From Octopus sinensis (lineage: Eukaryota), in contig NC_043014.1 of assembly GCF_006345805.1 (NCBI RefSeq), positions 38,192,001 through 38,256,000 of the forward strand: a stretch of DNA of 64,000 nucleotides, given 5' to 3'. The notes beneath the pieces are model-generated. The model searched no databases. It worked only from the letters and a program-made list of their open reading frames with translations, and was not told the DNA's origin. Shown here piece after piece: positions 1 to 13,876 of the stretch (within the stretch, counting starts at the first letter, position 1; each line of letters starts with the position of its first letter). Both the position numbers and the translations under genes were made by a program.

Positions 1-260
1 TATATGTGTGTGTGTGTGTGTGTGTGTGTATGCGTGTGTGTGTGTGTGTGTCTGTGTTTGTGTGTATGTGTTTGTCCCCCACTATCACTTGACAACTGAT
101 GCTGGTGTGTTTATGTCTCCGTAACTTAGCGGTTCGGCAAAAGAGACCGATAGAATACGTACTAGGTTTACAAAGAATAAGTCCTGGGGTTGATTTGGTC
201 GACTAAAGGTGGTGCTCCAGTATGGCCGCAGTCAAATGACTGAAACAAAAGAATAAAAGA
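1..260 (+). mobile_element. 3' half of microsatellite-containing tRNA-derived SINE (family B)
   Basis: (TG)n then TGTTTGTCCCC...GACAACTGATGCTGGTGTG...GGTGCTCCAGTATGGCCGCAGTCAAATGACTGAAAC, matching full copies at 13396, 31413 and 39449. Confidence 0.85.
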
Positions 261-490
261 ACATGGATCCCATCAACTTTAAACGGAGTCTGGATAGATT
301 CCATCAAGGAATACCAGATAAGCCACCCATAATTGGATACAACTCACCCAACAAAACTCACTACTTGAATGGACCATAAACAAAACTTGCCTTAAACAGG
401 ATTCAAATAATCCTATCGGGTGGTGCTATTAAGTTAGACATGGCCTGGACCAATCATTGGTCGAAACATATCTAAGTTTATCTAAGTTTA
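261..490 (+). mobile_element. CR1-like LINE 3' end (ORF2 C-terminus, 3' UTR stem-loop, short tandem tail)
   Basis: Translates MDPINFKRSLDRFHQGIPDKPPIIGYNSPNK; hairpin GACCAA-TCA-TTGGTC; (TATCTAAGTT)2 tail; second copy at 38050-38295. Confidence 0.7.
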
Positions 491-508
491 TACACACACA
501 CATATATA

Positions 509-566
<58 letters not shown>

Positions 567-708
567 ATACATACATACATATATATACATATATATATAT
601 GTATGAATATATGTATGTATATGTGTGCTTGTCTATATACATATACGTATGTGCGTGTATATACATGCATGCACATGTATATATACACACACACATGCAT
701 ATATATGT

Positions 709-1036
709 ATCAGAAATTGACCAGACTGTCGGAGACCGTTATACGTCTCTGGTCACAATGCGCTTTGCATCGCTTTTAGCTTTCGAATGATGTCCCCCTC
801 CCCGTTGGATAGGGGAGCAGGCCAGATTACCTCTAATCGAAAGACTGGGTAGACTGAAAGAAAGTGAAATGAAGTGTTTTGCTCAAGAGAACACAGCGCG
901 CCATTTGGACTGGTAATCGAACCTACGGTCGCTAGAACATGAGCCCAAAATCCTAACCACCGGTCCATGCGCCTTCGCTATACATACATACATACATACG
1001 TACATACATACATACATACATACATACATACATACA

Positions 1037-1070
<34 letters not shown>

Positions 1071-1253
1071 CATACATACACACACGGGAGCAGGCCAACA
1101 TTACCCCCGATAGGAAGACTGAGCGGGCTGAAAGAAAGTGAAATGAAGTATTTTGCTCAAGAGAACACAGCGCGCCATTCGGACTGGGAATCGAACCTAC
1201 GATCGCTAGATCATAAGTCCAAAATCCTAACCACTGGTCCATGCGCCTTCGCT
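709..1253 (-). mobile_element. Two tandem tRNA-headed SINE copies separated by (TACA)n
   Basis: Reverse strand GAAGGCGCATGGACC..GTGGTTAGGA..GGTTCGATT (A/B boxes) plus TGTGTTCTCTTGAGCAAAACACTT at about 709-980 and 1085-1253. Confidence 0.75.
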
Positions 1254-1917
1254 ATACATACATACATACATACATACATACATACATACATACATACATA
1301 CACACATACATACATACATACATACGTACATACGTACATACATACATACATACATACATACATACATACATACATACATACATACACACAGACACAAACA
1401 CTCACACACACATACATACATATATATACATACACACACATATAGTTTGATTTTGTGCCAAAATTAATAGCAAATAGTTGACTTAGGTCTTAGAGTAGGA
1501 GATGATGGCAGAAACGGTGGCATAACAGTGGTTGCCTAGAAGCAATCAATACTAGTTACCAGTCAGTGTCAACTCGCAAGGGATTTAGACGAACTTGAAA
1601 AGAAGCTCCGAAAGTTAATCTTAGCTGCTAGTGTTTTAGTAGGGGTTTAAATAATCTTTAGTGTATGAGCGAGCCGAGCTTAGGAAGTCAGAATTAAAGA
1701 AGAGTTATTAAGGAAGTATGTGGACTGAATTCTCAATTAATGTCCAATTTGTGCTCTCTTTGATGCTGTATTGATGCTATAGGTGAAAAAGGCATGCTTC
1801 CCAACTACATGGTTTTTGGGTCCAGTCCTAGGTGCTACTGCGTGTCTTCTGCTATAGCCTTGAGTCGGGTCAAAGCCTTGTGAGTGGATTCGGTAGACGG
1901 AAACGGAAAGAAGGCCG

Positions 1918-2005
<88 letters not shown>

Positions 2006-2199
2006 TATATACATATATTTATATATATATATATATATCTGTGTGTGTGTGTTTGTTCGTTTTCTTTCTTCCTTTCTCTTATTCTTTTACCTCCTCTTTT
2101 CCCTCTCTTTTTTCTCTCTTATTCTACCTCAAAATCTTTTCCTCTCACCTTCACAGTTCTCTATCTGTCACTCTCTGTCCCTCACTCTTCCTTCTTTGC

Positions 2200-2670
2200 T
2201 CACATAGCTCCCACGTGACCATCGGCCATTTTTCTTTCTTCTCCTAACTTGTGTTTCTTTCTTTCTTCCTGTTGCAGCTGGTCAAGGAAGACGTATTCTT
2301 ATCTGTCTCATCTTCAAGCTTGTTTCTTCGTGTTCACCACCGCAACTTCGTTTAGGCTTAGCAGCCCTTCCTGTTTATTTTCACTGTTCTGTTTTTGTCA
2401 CCAATTTTGACCTTCCGCAAAATCCCAAATTTTATTTAATTTACTTTGCAGGAGCAACTCTTTTATCGAAGACGTATCTTGTTGTGAATTGCCCGAAACA
2501 CGGATTAGAAAAACAGCCGACAACTAATGAAGGGTCGTTCTTTGTGTTGTTTCTCTTGTTTTCCATTTGTTTCTTTCGTTGTTCGCAAAAAATGTTCATA
2601 TTCCATGTCCTCGTACTTCGTATTTTTTGTTGCTTACGTTTTGTGACGTCTTGTGCCCATATATGCATAT
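2200..2670 (+). mobile_element. Dispersed repeat, probable Penelope-like terminal repeat (family P1)
   Basis: Related to 22820-22990(-), 40008-40195(+) and 55130-55790(-); all end in TGT(A/G)CC(C/T)ATATAT next to TA-rich microsatellite; PLE assignment is inference. Confidence 0.5.
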
Positions 2671-2781
2671 GTATATACGTATACATGTAAGTATGTACGT
2701 ATACGTATGTATATATGCATATATATATATATATACTTATATATATGATTGAACGCCACGCATCCTTTTCCAAGTATATAT

Positions 2782-2838
<57 letters not shown>

Positions 2839-3160
2839 TGTGTGTGTGTGTGTGTGTGTATGTGTGTGTGTGTGTGTGTGTGTTTGTGTGTTTGTGTGTG
2901 TATGCATATATGTATGTATATATACATGCATATGTATATATTTATATCTATCTATCTTTCTATCTATCTATCAATCTATCTATCTATATATATATATATA
3001 TATAAACGTCATTCCTCAGGTGACGCTGATCAATAATAGGTTGAGAAGCAGTCCTATTGGAAAGGAATACAAGGAACAAAGTTTTAAGGCATGAAGAATA
3101 TCTATAGCTATTAAGATTAAGCCTTGTCCCTGGGGAGGTAATTATTAGTAATGTAAGTAG

Positions 3161-3988
3161 ACAGCGAGCTGGCAGAACCGTTAGCACGCTGGGCGGAATG
3201 CTTTGCAGTATTTCGTCTGCCTCTACGTTCTGAGTTCAAATTCCGCCGAGGTCGACCTTGGCTTTCATCCTCTTGGGGTCGATTAAATAAGTACCAGTTA
3301 TGCACTGGGGTCGATATAATCGACTTGATCCGTTTGTCTGTCCTTGTTTGTCTGTCTATGTTTAGCGCCTTATGGGCAATAAAGAAATAAGAACCGTTAG
3401 CACACCAGGCGAAATGCTTAGCGGTATTTCGTCTCTTTGCACATTCTAAGTTAAAATTCCGCGAGGTAACTTTGCCTTTCATCCTCTCGGGGTCAATAAA
3501 AGTACCAGCTGAATACTGTTGTCGACGTAATCGACACATTCTCTCCCCCAAAATGGCTGAGCAGTGGCAAAAGTTTGAAATCATTATTAAGGCGCCGAGC
3601 TGGCAGAAACGTTAGCACGCCGGGCGAAATGCGTAGCCGTATTTCGTCTGCCGCTACGTTCTGAGTTCAAATTCCGCCGAGGTCAACTTTGCCTTTCATC
3701 CTTTCGGGGTCGATTATATAAGTACCAGTTACGCACTGGTGTCGATATAATTGACTTAATCCGTTTGTCTGTCCTTATTTATCCTCTCTGTGTTTAGCCC
3801 TTTGTAGGTAGTAAAGAAATAGGTATTTCGCCAGTTCGCTACGTTCTGAGTTCTAATTCCGCCGAGGCCGACTTTGCCTTTCATCCTTTCGGGGTCGATA
3901 AAACTAGTACCAGTTATGCACTGGAGTCAATGCAATCGACTTAATCCCTTCACCCAAATTTGAGGCCTTGTACTTCCAGTAGAAAGGA
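3161..3988 (+). mobile_element. Two adjacent multimeric SINEs (family M) with Meta-like central domain
   Basis: Head GGCG(G/C)CGAGCTGGCAGAAACGTTAGCACGCC, B-box-like GAGTTCAAATTCC, core GGTCGACTTTGCCTTTCATCCTTTCGGGGTCGATAAA..GTACCAG repeated internally. Confidence 0.8.
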
Positions 3989-4286
<298 letters not shown>

Positions 4287-5042
4287 GCGGCGAGTTGGCA
4301 GAATCGTTAGCACGACTAGCAAAACGTTTTGCAGCATTTTGTCCGTCTGCACGGTCTGAGTTCAAATTCCTGCGCGGTTGACATTGCCTTTCATCTGTTT
4401 GGGGTCGGCAAAACAAGTACCAGTTGAGCACTGGGGTCGATCTAATCGACTCATCCCCTCCACTGAAATTGCTGGCTTTGTGCCTAAATTTGAAAGGGAA
4501 GACAGAATATTTCAACTACAAATTGAAATTGAAAATCATGGCCTAGATAAGTAGAACCTTTCTTTGCACTTTACGGTGCTTGCTTATATCTATCTCTATG
4601 TCGGTTCCAAAATTTTGACAATTCTAAAGTGTATAACTGTATTCATTGTATTTATCTCTGAATAGAATGTCCTATTTCTCGCATGTACTTAAATCGATTG
4701 ACACTTTGATTCTATCATTCAGAAGTATGGGCGTCAGCAAATGCCCAATTTACTGATTACATTATCATTTCGTAGATAATACATTCTCTGTTGATGAGTG
4801 TATAATGTGTTCGTCCTTATATTTTGTTTGTAGATATCTGTATGACGTTAAGTAGTGCACTGTAACCTTGAAGAGGCCAAAAGCACCCACTGTTAAATAG
4901 TTTACGCCGAACAGTTTAATATATCTAACCGGAAGTTAAATATGTATTGAAAGATAGGTTGGTTTAGACGTTTGGTCACGTAATCAGTTGGGTTTCACTA
5001 GTGGTATGATATAGAAGGATGGTTCCACCAGATCTGAAATGT

Positions 5043-5330
5043 GGAAGCACTCCGTCGATTACGACGATGAGGGTTCCGGTTGATCCGATCAACGGAACAG
5101 CCTGCTCGTAAAATTAACGTATAAGTGGCTGAGCACTCCACAGACACGTGTACCCTTAACGTAGTTCTCGGGATATTCAGCGTGACACAGAGAGTGACAA
5201 GGCCGGCCCTTTGAAATACAGGTACAATAGAAACAGGAAGTAAGAGTGAGAGAAAGTTGTGGTGAAAGAGTACAGCAGGGATCACCACCATCTCCTGCTG
5301 GAGCCTCGTGGAGCTTTAGGTGTTTTCGCC
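5043..5330 (-). mobile_element. 5'-truncated SINE family A (octopus OR-type)
   Basis: Near-identical to the body and tail of 6009-6396. Confidence 0.85.
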
Positions 5331-5429
5331 TACAGGTGGTTGGAGTCATTTACGCCATCAGAAGTCATCTTCATTAATGATGTGGGATGCAGTTGCACCT
5401 GATAGATTTGGACCCATCAGATGGATCTG

Positions 5430-5663
5430 CTTTGATCTTCATCGATGCTGGCGTCAAGGTCAACAGTGAAATTTATGTGGAAATGTTAGATGAGAAAGTG
5501 TTACCTTGGGTCACAGACACCTTTGGTGACCGTTACATCTTCACTCAAAACTTCTGTCTTCATGGGTCAAGCTAGATGAAAAGGTAGTACGGCGCTCATA
5601 CAATTCAGTGACTACTCGTTTTTAAGCTATGGTCAAGGTGAAAGGTGGTTATTTTGGAATGTA
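5430..5663 (+). mobile_element. Tc1/mariner-superfamily transposase remnant (DD37D/maT-like)
   Basis: LIFIDAGVKVNSEIYVEMLDEKVLPWVTDTFGDRYIFTQ, then C-terminal-like AMVKVKGGYF; internally deleted. Confidence 0.7.
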
Positions 5664-5816
5664 ATCTTTTGAAATGGATTGACAATCTACATTAGAACGT
5701 GTATTCCAAATTTCATTATCCTACCTTAAGTTTATTTCGAATAAATAAGAAATATCTATTGGTAAATCTTTCTAGGACACTGTATTGCCAATGGTCATTA
5801 ATATTTTATTTTACTA

Positions 5817-6701
5817 CCGTAAATCTTCGAGTATATTCCGCCCTTGAGTATAATACGCAGGGGATTTTTAGGGGGCTGTACCTCTGAAAAACCTAAACCT
5901 TGTGTATAATACGCACTCCTTCTCTAACAGCAGCACCTAGTCGAACAAACACTTCCGGGGATGCGTAATACAATAATGGTGATGTTCTTAACTGTTATAT
6001 GGGAATGTGGTGGTGGAAGCACTCCGTCGGTTACGACGACGAGGGTTCCGGTTGATCCGAATCAACGGAACAGCCTGCTCGTGAAATTAACGTAAGTGGC
6101 TGAGCACTCCACAGACACGTGTACCCTTAACGTAGTTCTCGGGGAGATTCAGCGTGACACAGAGAGTGACAAGGCCGGCCCTTTGAAATACAGGTACAAC
6201 AGAAACAGGAAGTAAGAGTGAGAGAAAGTTGTGGTGAAAGAGTACAGCAGGGATCACCACCATCCCCTGCCGGAGCCTCGTGGAGCTCTAGGTGTTTTCG
6301 CCCAATAAACACTCACAACGCCCGGTCTGGGAATCGAAACCGCGATCCTATAACCATGAGTCCGCTGCCCTAACCACTGGGCCATTGCGCCTCCACATAT
6401 GGGAATGTAAATATGTTTGCAAATTGTTTTTGTTACATGAATACTTCTATTTTAATAAATGTTGCTTACTGCAAGTTATGGATGATTCTTTTATGACTTC
6501 ATTGCTTTCAGGCTTAGCTCAAGGTATTTTCGCGCCCGACATCACAAAATGCGTATGGATAAACATTGCTGGACAGCAAATAGAGACTCGGACATTGCTT
6601 AGAAAATATTTTTCATTTTTAACCTCGTATATAGTACGCACTAGGGATTTTGACCTTTAAATTTTGGGAAAAAAGTGCGGATTATACTCGAGGATTTACG
6701 G
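5817..6701. mobile_element. Non-autonomous Tc1/mariner/pogo-type element with 25-bp TIRs, interrupted by a SINE
   Basis: CCGTAAATCTTCGAGTATATTCCGC (5817) vs GCGGATTATACTCGAGGATTTACGG (6677-6701), 23/25 inverted match; TA on left flank. Confidence 0.8.
6009..6396 (-). mobile_element. Full-length tRNA-derived SINE family A
   Basis: A box TGGCCCAGTGG, B box GTTTCGATTCC; 12-bp TSD ATATGGGAATGT (5997-6008, 6397-6408). Confidence 0.93.
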
Positions 6702-7321
6702 CACTTACTAAGACAAAGAAGGGAAACGTCCATAACTAGTGTTTTCTATGGATAGCTGCATACCTAACTAACCGCACGCCCATCTCTCCTAGATCTATTC
6801 ATATCTTAAGAGTGTTTCTACTTCCACTTATCGCACGGAACACTTCGTTCAGTTCGCCTTCTTTAGTACTGCAACCGTCCCAGTTCCCTTTCCTTCCCAT
6901 GATTTTCCCGCCAACGTTGATCTAAAATATTTTATATTGGACATTAACTGCATTAATTTCACAATTCTGTAGATATTGTAAAGGCAAAGGTTCTGTTTAA
7001 CCTTCTCTGATTAACTTATATCAATTAATATAGTCTTGTCTCTCTGTATTTAAAAGGTCTAGTTCCGTCTGTATGTATTTTAAATTAAAAATCTGCTGAA
7101 GTCTTCTTTATTTTTAAATAACCTCAAACTCCAGAGTCACACAATTCAGGAAGTGACAGTAATAAAATGGTTAATTTATATAGGACAACGTCCTATGTAA
7201 ATTAGTCTTCTGACTTGTTATAATAAATTGTTCATGTACCGAATTTAATTCTTATATTGATTGCAGACAATCTTCGTAAATGGGGTGAACAATATTATAT
7301 AATTATTATTTGTAGTCATGA

Positions 7322-7722
7322 CGGCGGCGAGCTGGCAGAAACGTTAGCACGCCGGGCGAAATGCTTTGTGATATTACGTCCGCCGCTACGTTCTGAGTTC
7401 AAATTCCGCCGAGGTCGACTTTGCCTTTCATCCTTTCGGGGTTGATAAATTAAGTGCCAGTTACGCACTGGGGTCGATGTAATCGACTTAATCCGTTTGT
7501 CTGTCCTTGTTTGTCCTCTATATGTTTAGCCCCTTGAGGGTAGTAAAGAAATAGGTATTTCGTCCGTCGTTACGTTCTGAGTTCAAATCCCTCCGAGGTC
7601 AGCTTTGCCTTTCATCCATTCGGGGTCGATAAATTAAGTACCAGTGAAACACTGGAGTCGATGTAATCGACTAATCCCCTCCCACAAAAATGGCTGTCCT
7701 TGTGGCAAAATTTGAAACCATT
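7322..7722 (+). mobile_element. Family M SINE, dimeric
   Basis: One head, two core units, terminal GTGGCAAAATTTGAAACC. Confidence 0.85.
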
Positions 7723-9880
7723 ATCTGTAGTTTATACTTTTTTCTTTCTGATTCCTGTTGTCTTCTTCCGGTCTATTTCTAGTTTACCCTGCTTGTTTCC
7801 TGCTCTCCCAAACTTACACTTGAAGCGCAAATAGCTATTTATTCAGTTTTAAAACATTTCTTTATCAAAAACATATTTCAGAAATATAGAACAAATGGTT
7901 TCTATATTATCTATAGTTCCTTGGGATTTCTACAAGTTTTATTTGTTTTACACTCCAAGAATACAATTAACGTCTCTCAAAAGAATGTTTAACCTGATTT
8001 ACATTTGGAACACGAAGTCACTGGTTTTCGTGGAGTATTTGAAATGTTTTACAAATTAGTTACACACTTACTGATTCTCAAGAGAACAGAATATTTTACC
8101 AGACTTGCTAACAAAATACATGGCAATGAGCTTTCAAAGGACTGCTCAATAGGTCTTACAAACTGGTCGCATGATCACTGATTTTTATGAAAGCATTTAA
8201 CTTAATAGTAACCGCTTTTTAAAAACTAGACTTTGCTATTGGCTCTTTGTGAAATATTGGTTTCAAATTTTGGCACAAAGCCAGCAATTTTAGGAGAGGC
8301 GGGCTAGTCGTTTACATTAACTCCAGTGTTCTACTAGTACTAATTTTATCGACCTCAGAAAGGATGCTTGGCAAAAATCGTCCTCGGCGAAATTTGAACG
8401 CAGAACATAAAGACGGACGAAATGCTGTTAAGCATTTTTTCCAGCGTGCTAACGATTCTGCCAACTCGCCACTTTAAACTCTTAGTGGAATATTACTATA
8501 TGTTCATGTTATAAATAATTTTTATTTAGTGTCAAATATGTTTTGATTCATGATTGTACCTAGGAAGTTACCTTCCGAGGCACAAGTCTTATGGAAGAAC
8601 AGCAGTCACCCATGTATACCAGCCTCCCCTCTCCACACCACTGATGTTACCCAACTTTGCCTTTCAGCCTTTCGGAGTCGATTAAATAAGTACCAGTTAC
8701 GCACTAGGGTTGATATAATCGACTTAATTCGTTTGTCTGTCCATGTTTGTCCCCTCTGTGTGTAGCCCTTTGTGGGCAGTAAAGAAATAGGTATTCCGCC
8801 GAGGTTGACTATGCCTTTCATCCTTTCGGGGTCGATAAGTTAAGTACCAGTTGCGTGCTGGGGTCGATCTAATCGACTGGCTCCCTCCCCCAAAATTTCG
8901 GCCCTTGTGCAAGGAATACTACAGATACGATATGCTATAGATACTACAAGAACTACAGATGCGATAGCAACAGTTTAAATGAACAGATACACAAATCACT
9001 TTACTAAAATATATGATAAAAAGAAAAGGTTTCAAATTTTGGCACTAGGCCAGCAGTTTAAAATGGAAGAGGAAAATCGATTACATCGGCTCTAGAGCTC
9101 AGCTAGTTTTTATTTTATGGACCTCAGAGGGGTGAAAATAAAGTCTACCAAAGCGAAATTTAAACTCAGATCGTAAAGAGCAGGAAGAAATGCCGCTATG
9201 CATTTTGTTCGATGCACTGACGATTTTGTTAGCCTACTGCCTTGTATAGTACATTAGATATTTATTATTAGCTATTTTAATTAATTAATTAATTTACAGT
9301 TATTAATTTATTTATTTTCTGTGAGAACAGGTTGCTAGTATTCGTTGACCCCTTCTCCGCTTCTACAGAAAGGGATACTAGAAGCGATGATTTTTCTTGT
9401 AGGCAATGTAGACGTTTCCAAGAGAGAAGAGGAAAAAGAGGGGTAGCTAGAGAAGGAGAGAAATAAAGACAGAAAGAAGGAAGGAAAGGAGGGAAAGAAT
9501 GAAGGGTGGAAAGAAAGAAAGATTAAAGGTGGAAAGAAAGTAGGAAAAAATGAAATCGGCTCTGAAAGAATAAAACACAAAGTTGACCTCGGTGAGATTT
9601 GAACTCAGAGAGCCGGACCCACTACTGTATTCCATAAGGCGCTCTAGCGACTCTGTCATTTCACCCTCTATATACAATACCGCTACCTCATCCCCACCAA
9701 TATTTGAGGCTTGTGCTTATATTGGGAAACATTATTTTTATTACTACTCCAGACGCATAAAAATATATACGGCGCCGAAATGGCGACTTTTTGGAACATA
9801 CATACATATATACACACATACACACTTGTATGTAAATATGTATGCATGTGTGTATGTTTATGTGTATGTAAGTATATAAG

Positions 9881-9986
<106 letters not shown>

Positions 9987-10538
9987 CTTATCTATGAACA
10001 CAAAAACTATTCTTGGCTATCTCGTAACGGTGGTCTGGTGTTGTTTTTATCGGGCAGCATTTACCTCTGGAATCTGTAAGTAATTGTAACGAATATAGAC
10101 AGATATCTATGGCCAACCGCTGGTATTGAGATTGTTGTTTCGTAGCTGTTGTTCACTTTAATAATCCTTTTATTATAAAGAACAGAATCGTAGCAGAATC
10201 TTTAGAAATTAACGTCAAATTTTATCTACAGAAAATTAGATCAGGTATTTCAACCACACATCTTAAGACTTTTACGTCAAGATAAAATTGTATTTATAAA
10301 AGATACAAATAATACTAGATGATACTGGTGGTTTCTAACGTAGGCAAAATGCCATAAATTAGTGGTTTAATCAATTATAGTGAGCAAGGATACTGACCGG
10401 TTCCTAATTTTTCCATCCTAGAAAGACGAAAACATAAACTGCCCCTCGCAGATTTTTAATGCAGGACGTAGAGACGTAGCTAAATACTGCAAAGAAATTT
10501 AAGTTGCACTCTACTGAATATACGCATATGTGTATATG

Positions 10539-10609
<71 letters not shown>

Positions 10610-10689
10610 ATATGTAGTGCATTCTCTTGTCGTGAACGTCAGATGAGCGTTCAGTAAAATAAAGCGGTAATCATGTTCTATGGACACGA

Positions 10690-11230
10690 ATGTGTTCCTT
10701 GGGGCCTGCTGGTGCCTTGTAAACCTTTATAGCAAATGGAACTAGTTGGGGACTCAGTTTTTTCAAGTGCTCGTAGATCATTTACTATGTGTTTTTTTTT
10801 TGGGGGGGGGGTTGAGTGGACGGCAAGGCCTGCTTTGCTTCATGTCACAAAACCACAATGACAAGTAAGGTTTTCATTTAGAGGCGCAGTGTTTTGCCAG
10901 CGTTTCTTCATAATAGCACAAAGTTAGTCTCAATGCTGGAGTCGACTTCGCTCAAATCTTTGAAGTGAAGAGAAGTAGGCCTGGTGTCAGGGCCTGCGTT
11001 CTGATGCTTTATTTTCCCATGAGAAAAAAAAAGGGAATGTTGCATCACTTCAGATTATCTTTTAGTTTGTCCTTGAAGCGCAAGAGTGACCTCCCAGCTG
11101 ACCTTTCTGTTGGGAATTGGCCAAAGAGAAGCTGCTTCTGAATTCTGATATCACTCATACACGAAAAAATGACCTGACTATCTAAGCTGTATTTTTTGTG
11201 AGGATAGCTTCAATGCCTGATATGTTGCAT
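10690..11230 (-). mobile_element. Decayed RTE-clade LINE 3' fragment
   Basis: Reverse strand IQKQLLFGQFPTERSAGRSLLRFKDKLKDNLK*CNIP and zinc-finger-like LTCHCGFVT*SKAGLAVHS. Confidence 0.7.
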
Positions 11231-11438
11231 TTTGTTTGCATTTCACTGTTATGAAGATATATTATTACTTGCATAATTACTGTTTACATATATGTATATA
11301 TTAATGTTTGTTTCTATGCTAAGTTGTATATGAAAACAATTTAACATTAAATTGAAGAATTGCACAATACCTTTTATTAAACTTTTACAAGAAAAAGTGT
11401 GACAGTGACTTCAAAGTCTCAACCTCCTAGCCTTCATA

Positions 11439-11649
11439 TATGAGATGGTGCTCAAAAATTCCTGGCTTTAAGGAAATACAAGAGGATCAGTTAATAATTT
11501 ATTCAACATATTCCCCTTCTCAGATTCACACATATATTGCAGCGGTCCTTCAGTTTTTCTAAGCCCTGTAAAAGAACTTGGAAGGGTGGACCTTCAATCA
11601 GACCTTCCGTGATACCTTTCAAGCCAGGAACTTTTCAGCACCCCTCGTT
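11439..11649. mobile_element. Mariner-type MITE
   Basis: Inverted ends GGTGCTCAAAAATTCCTGGCTT / AAGCCAGGAACTTTTCAGCACC. Confidence 0.7.
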
Positions 11650-12239
11650 TATGTTAAAAATTTCTGACTGATGAATAAGACCTCACAGTGTTCTGTGGGG
11701 AGGGTAAAAACCTTTAGTATCAATCCTTGTACTTGACTGGCATTTTATTTCATCGACCCCAGAAGAAAGTAAACTGAGTTACTTGGTTTCAGGTTCAGTC
11801 CCACTGCGTGGTACCATGGGCAAGAGTATTCTACTATTGCCTCGGACAGACCAAGGTCTTGTCAGTGGATTTGGTAGGCAGAAACTGAAAGAAATCTGTC
11901 GTATGTGTGTGTGTGTATCAATGTTTATCTCTGTACCCCCGTTCTACCCTCCACTACTTGACAATCGGTATTGGTCTGTTTGCATGGTTCAGCGAAAGCG
12001 ACCGATACTGGGGTCCATTTGTTCAACTAAATCCTTCGAGGCGGTGACCCAGCACGGTCGCAGTTCAATGACTGAAACAAGTAAAAGATAAAAAATAGAA
12101 GATGAGATAAAAGGGGGAAATGTTAATATAACCTACGAATTTCAGTCTGTGGAATAAAATCGCTTCTATTATCATATGTCTCAATGGCATCAAAAAGAAA
12201 ATAAATGAAGATTTATGAAATTCGACATCGCTGATTATT

Positions 12240-12414
12240 ACCATCCGCAACCTTTTCATCACTTGCGGTGCACTTATATTCTTTTCAAAATTCGGCGGCA
12301 CACCTGAACTAAAAGTACAATTAAAAGTATAGGGGAAAAAATTATATTCAGGTTACACTGGCATCGTCTCGTGGCACGCCAGTGTGCCGCGGCATACTGG
12401 TTGCAGAGCACTGA
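12240..12414. mobile_element. Possible hAT-type MITE remnant
   Basis: End GTGCCGCGGCATACTGGTTGCAGAGCACTG resembles hAT termini; left end degenerate. Confidence 0.4.
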
Positions 12415-12504
12415 GCTAAGGTCTTATTGTAAAAGGATTACGTGTTTATGGTTTTGAACAACGTGAGCATGGGCACAGTCGTTAGATAAACGAAACAAAT
12501 GATT

Positions 12505-12699
12505 ACTCTTTTACTTGTTTCAGTAATTTAACTGAGGCCATGCTGGAGCACCGCCTTCAGTCGAGCAAATCGACCCCATGACTTATTCATTGTAAGCCTA
12601 GTACTTCTATCGGTCTCTTTTGCCGAACCGCTAAGTTACGGGGACGTAAACACACCAGCATCGGTTGTCAAGCGATGTTGGTGGGGGACAAACACAGAC

Positions 12700-12732
<33 letters not shown>

Positions 12733-12760
12733 CACACACACACATATACGACGGGCTTTT
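12505..12760 (-). mobile_element. Family B SINE, 3' half
   Basis: Matches 13396-13740. Confidence 0.85.
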
Positions 12761-12769
12761 GAGATTATT

Positions 12770-12984
12770 GCATGAAGCTTGGTAAGAAAGTCCGCAAGAG
12801 AATATTCACCATCTGATCAGTAACATTCCCAATAGGGTCTTGCACTGAAAAATGCAATGGGCATGTCTACTAAATATCAAATATTCACATTATAACAATT
12901 AATAAATAATTTGAATGTATAATATCAGATTTAAATAAATCTTAATGATTATAAGTGTGTATATTTATTTCTGTCATGTCTGTA
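12770..12984 (+). mobile_element. Tc1-like element 3' end
   Basis: LHEAW*ESPQENIHHLISNIPNRVLALKNAMGMSTKY C-terminus, then terminal sequence also seen inverted at 63571-63720; ends in TA. Confidence 0.75.
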
Positions 12985-12985
12985 T

Positions 12986-13160
12986 ATATGGTGGTAGTCC
13001 ATTGGTGTCCGATGACGTCAAAGTCTGTGTTCTCAGCGATGAGAGCGCACGTGACTCCGCAGTCCAAAGCTGGAAGCGTACAGGCGACCACAGATATCAC
13101 GGTGATAGCGCGTTGACTGGATTGAGAAAGAGAGAAAGCGAGAATTAGCAAGTCAAGTAA
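12986..13160 (-). mobile_element. RTE-clade LINE extreme 3' end
   Basis: Reverse strand YHRDICGRLYASSFGLRSHVRSHR*, an RTE-type C-terminal C2H2 finger, then short 3' UTR. Confidence 0.75.
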
Positions 13161-13395
13161 CCGCATAAAAGTTCACTCGTATATAAAGACAGATTTACAT
13201 TAGACATTGTTGTCGCACTTCACCTAAAAAACAAATACCTGTACGGTCATGACTAAAATCTTTTTGATCTTAGATCTGCTTAATTAATATTGATCTTGGG
13301 GGAAAAAGCAACAATAGCGATAAACCACGGTAAACAAAGGATCGAAAATAACTATTCCAACAATCGCCGTAGTCATTACAACATTAACAACAATA

Positions 13396-13626
13396 CTTAC
13401 TTTACTTTACTTTACTTTTACTTTTACTTTTACTTGTTTCAGTCATTTGACTGTGGCCATGCTGGAGCACCGCCATTAGTCGAGCAAATCGACCCCAGGA
13501 CTTATTCTTTATAAGCCCAGTACTTATTCTATCGGTCTATTTTGCCGAACCGCTAAGTAACGGGGACATAAACACACCAGCATCGGTTGTCAAGCAATGC
13601 TAGGGGGGACAAACACAGACACACAA

Positions 13627-13705
<79 letters not shown>

Positions 13706-13876
13706 CACACATATATACGACAGGCTTCTTTCAGTTTCCGTCTAGCAAATCCACTCACAAGGCATTGGTTGGCCCGAGGCTATAGCAGAAGACAGTTGCC
13801 CGAGGTGCCACGCAGTGGGACTGAACCCGGAACCATGTGGTTGTTAAGCAATCTACTTACCACACAGCCACTCCTG
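13396..13876 (-). mobile_element. Full-length family B SINE with internal (TA)n/(TG)n
   Basis: Head CAGGAGTGGCTGTGTGGTAAG...GGTTCAGTCCC, internal microsatellite, (GTAAA)n tail. Confidence 0.9.

Noticed and set aside
4865-4920. TTGAAGA-GGC...GCC-GAACAG hammerhead-like pattern
   Set aside because: Two core mismatches and no stem I.
12942-13166. Apparent exon with a strong polypyrimidine acceptor
   Set aside because: Another frame gives an RTE-type C-terminal zinc finger and 3' UTR, so it is a LINE end.
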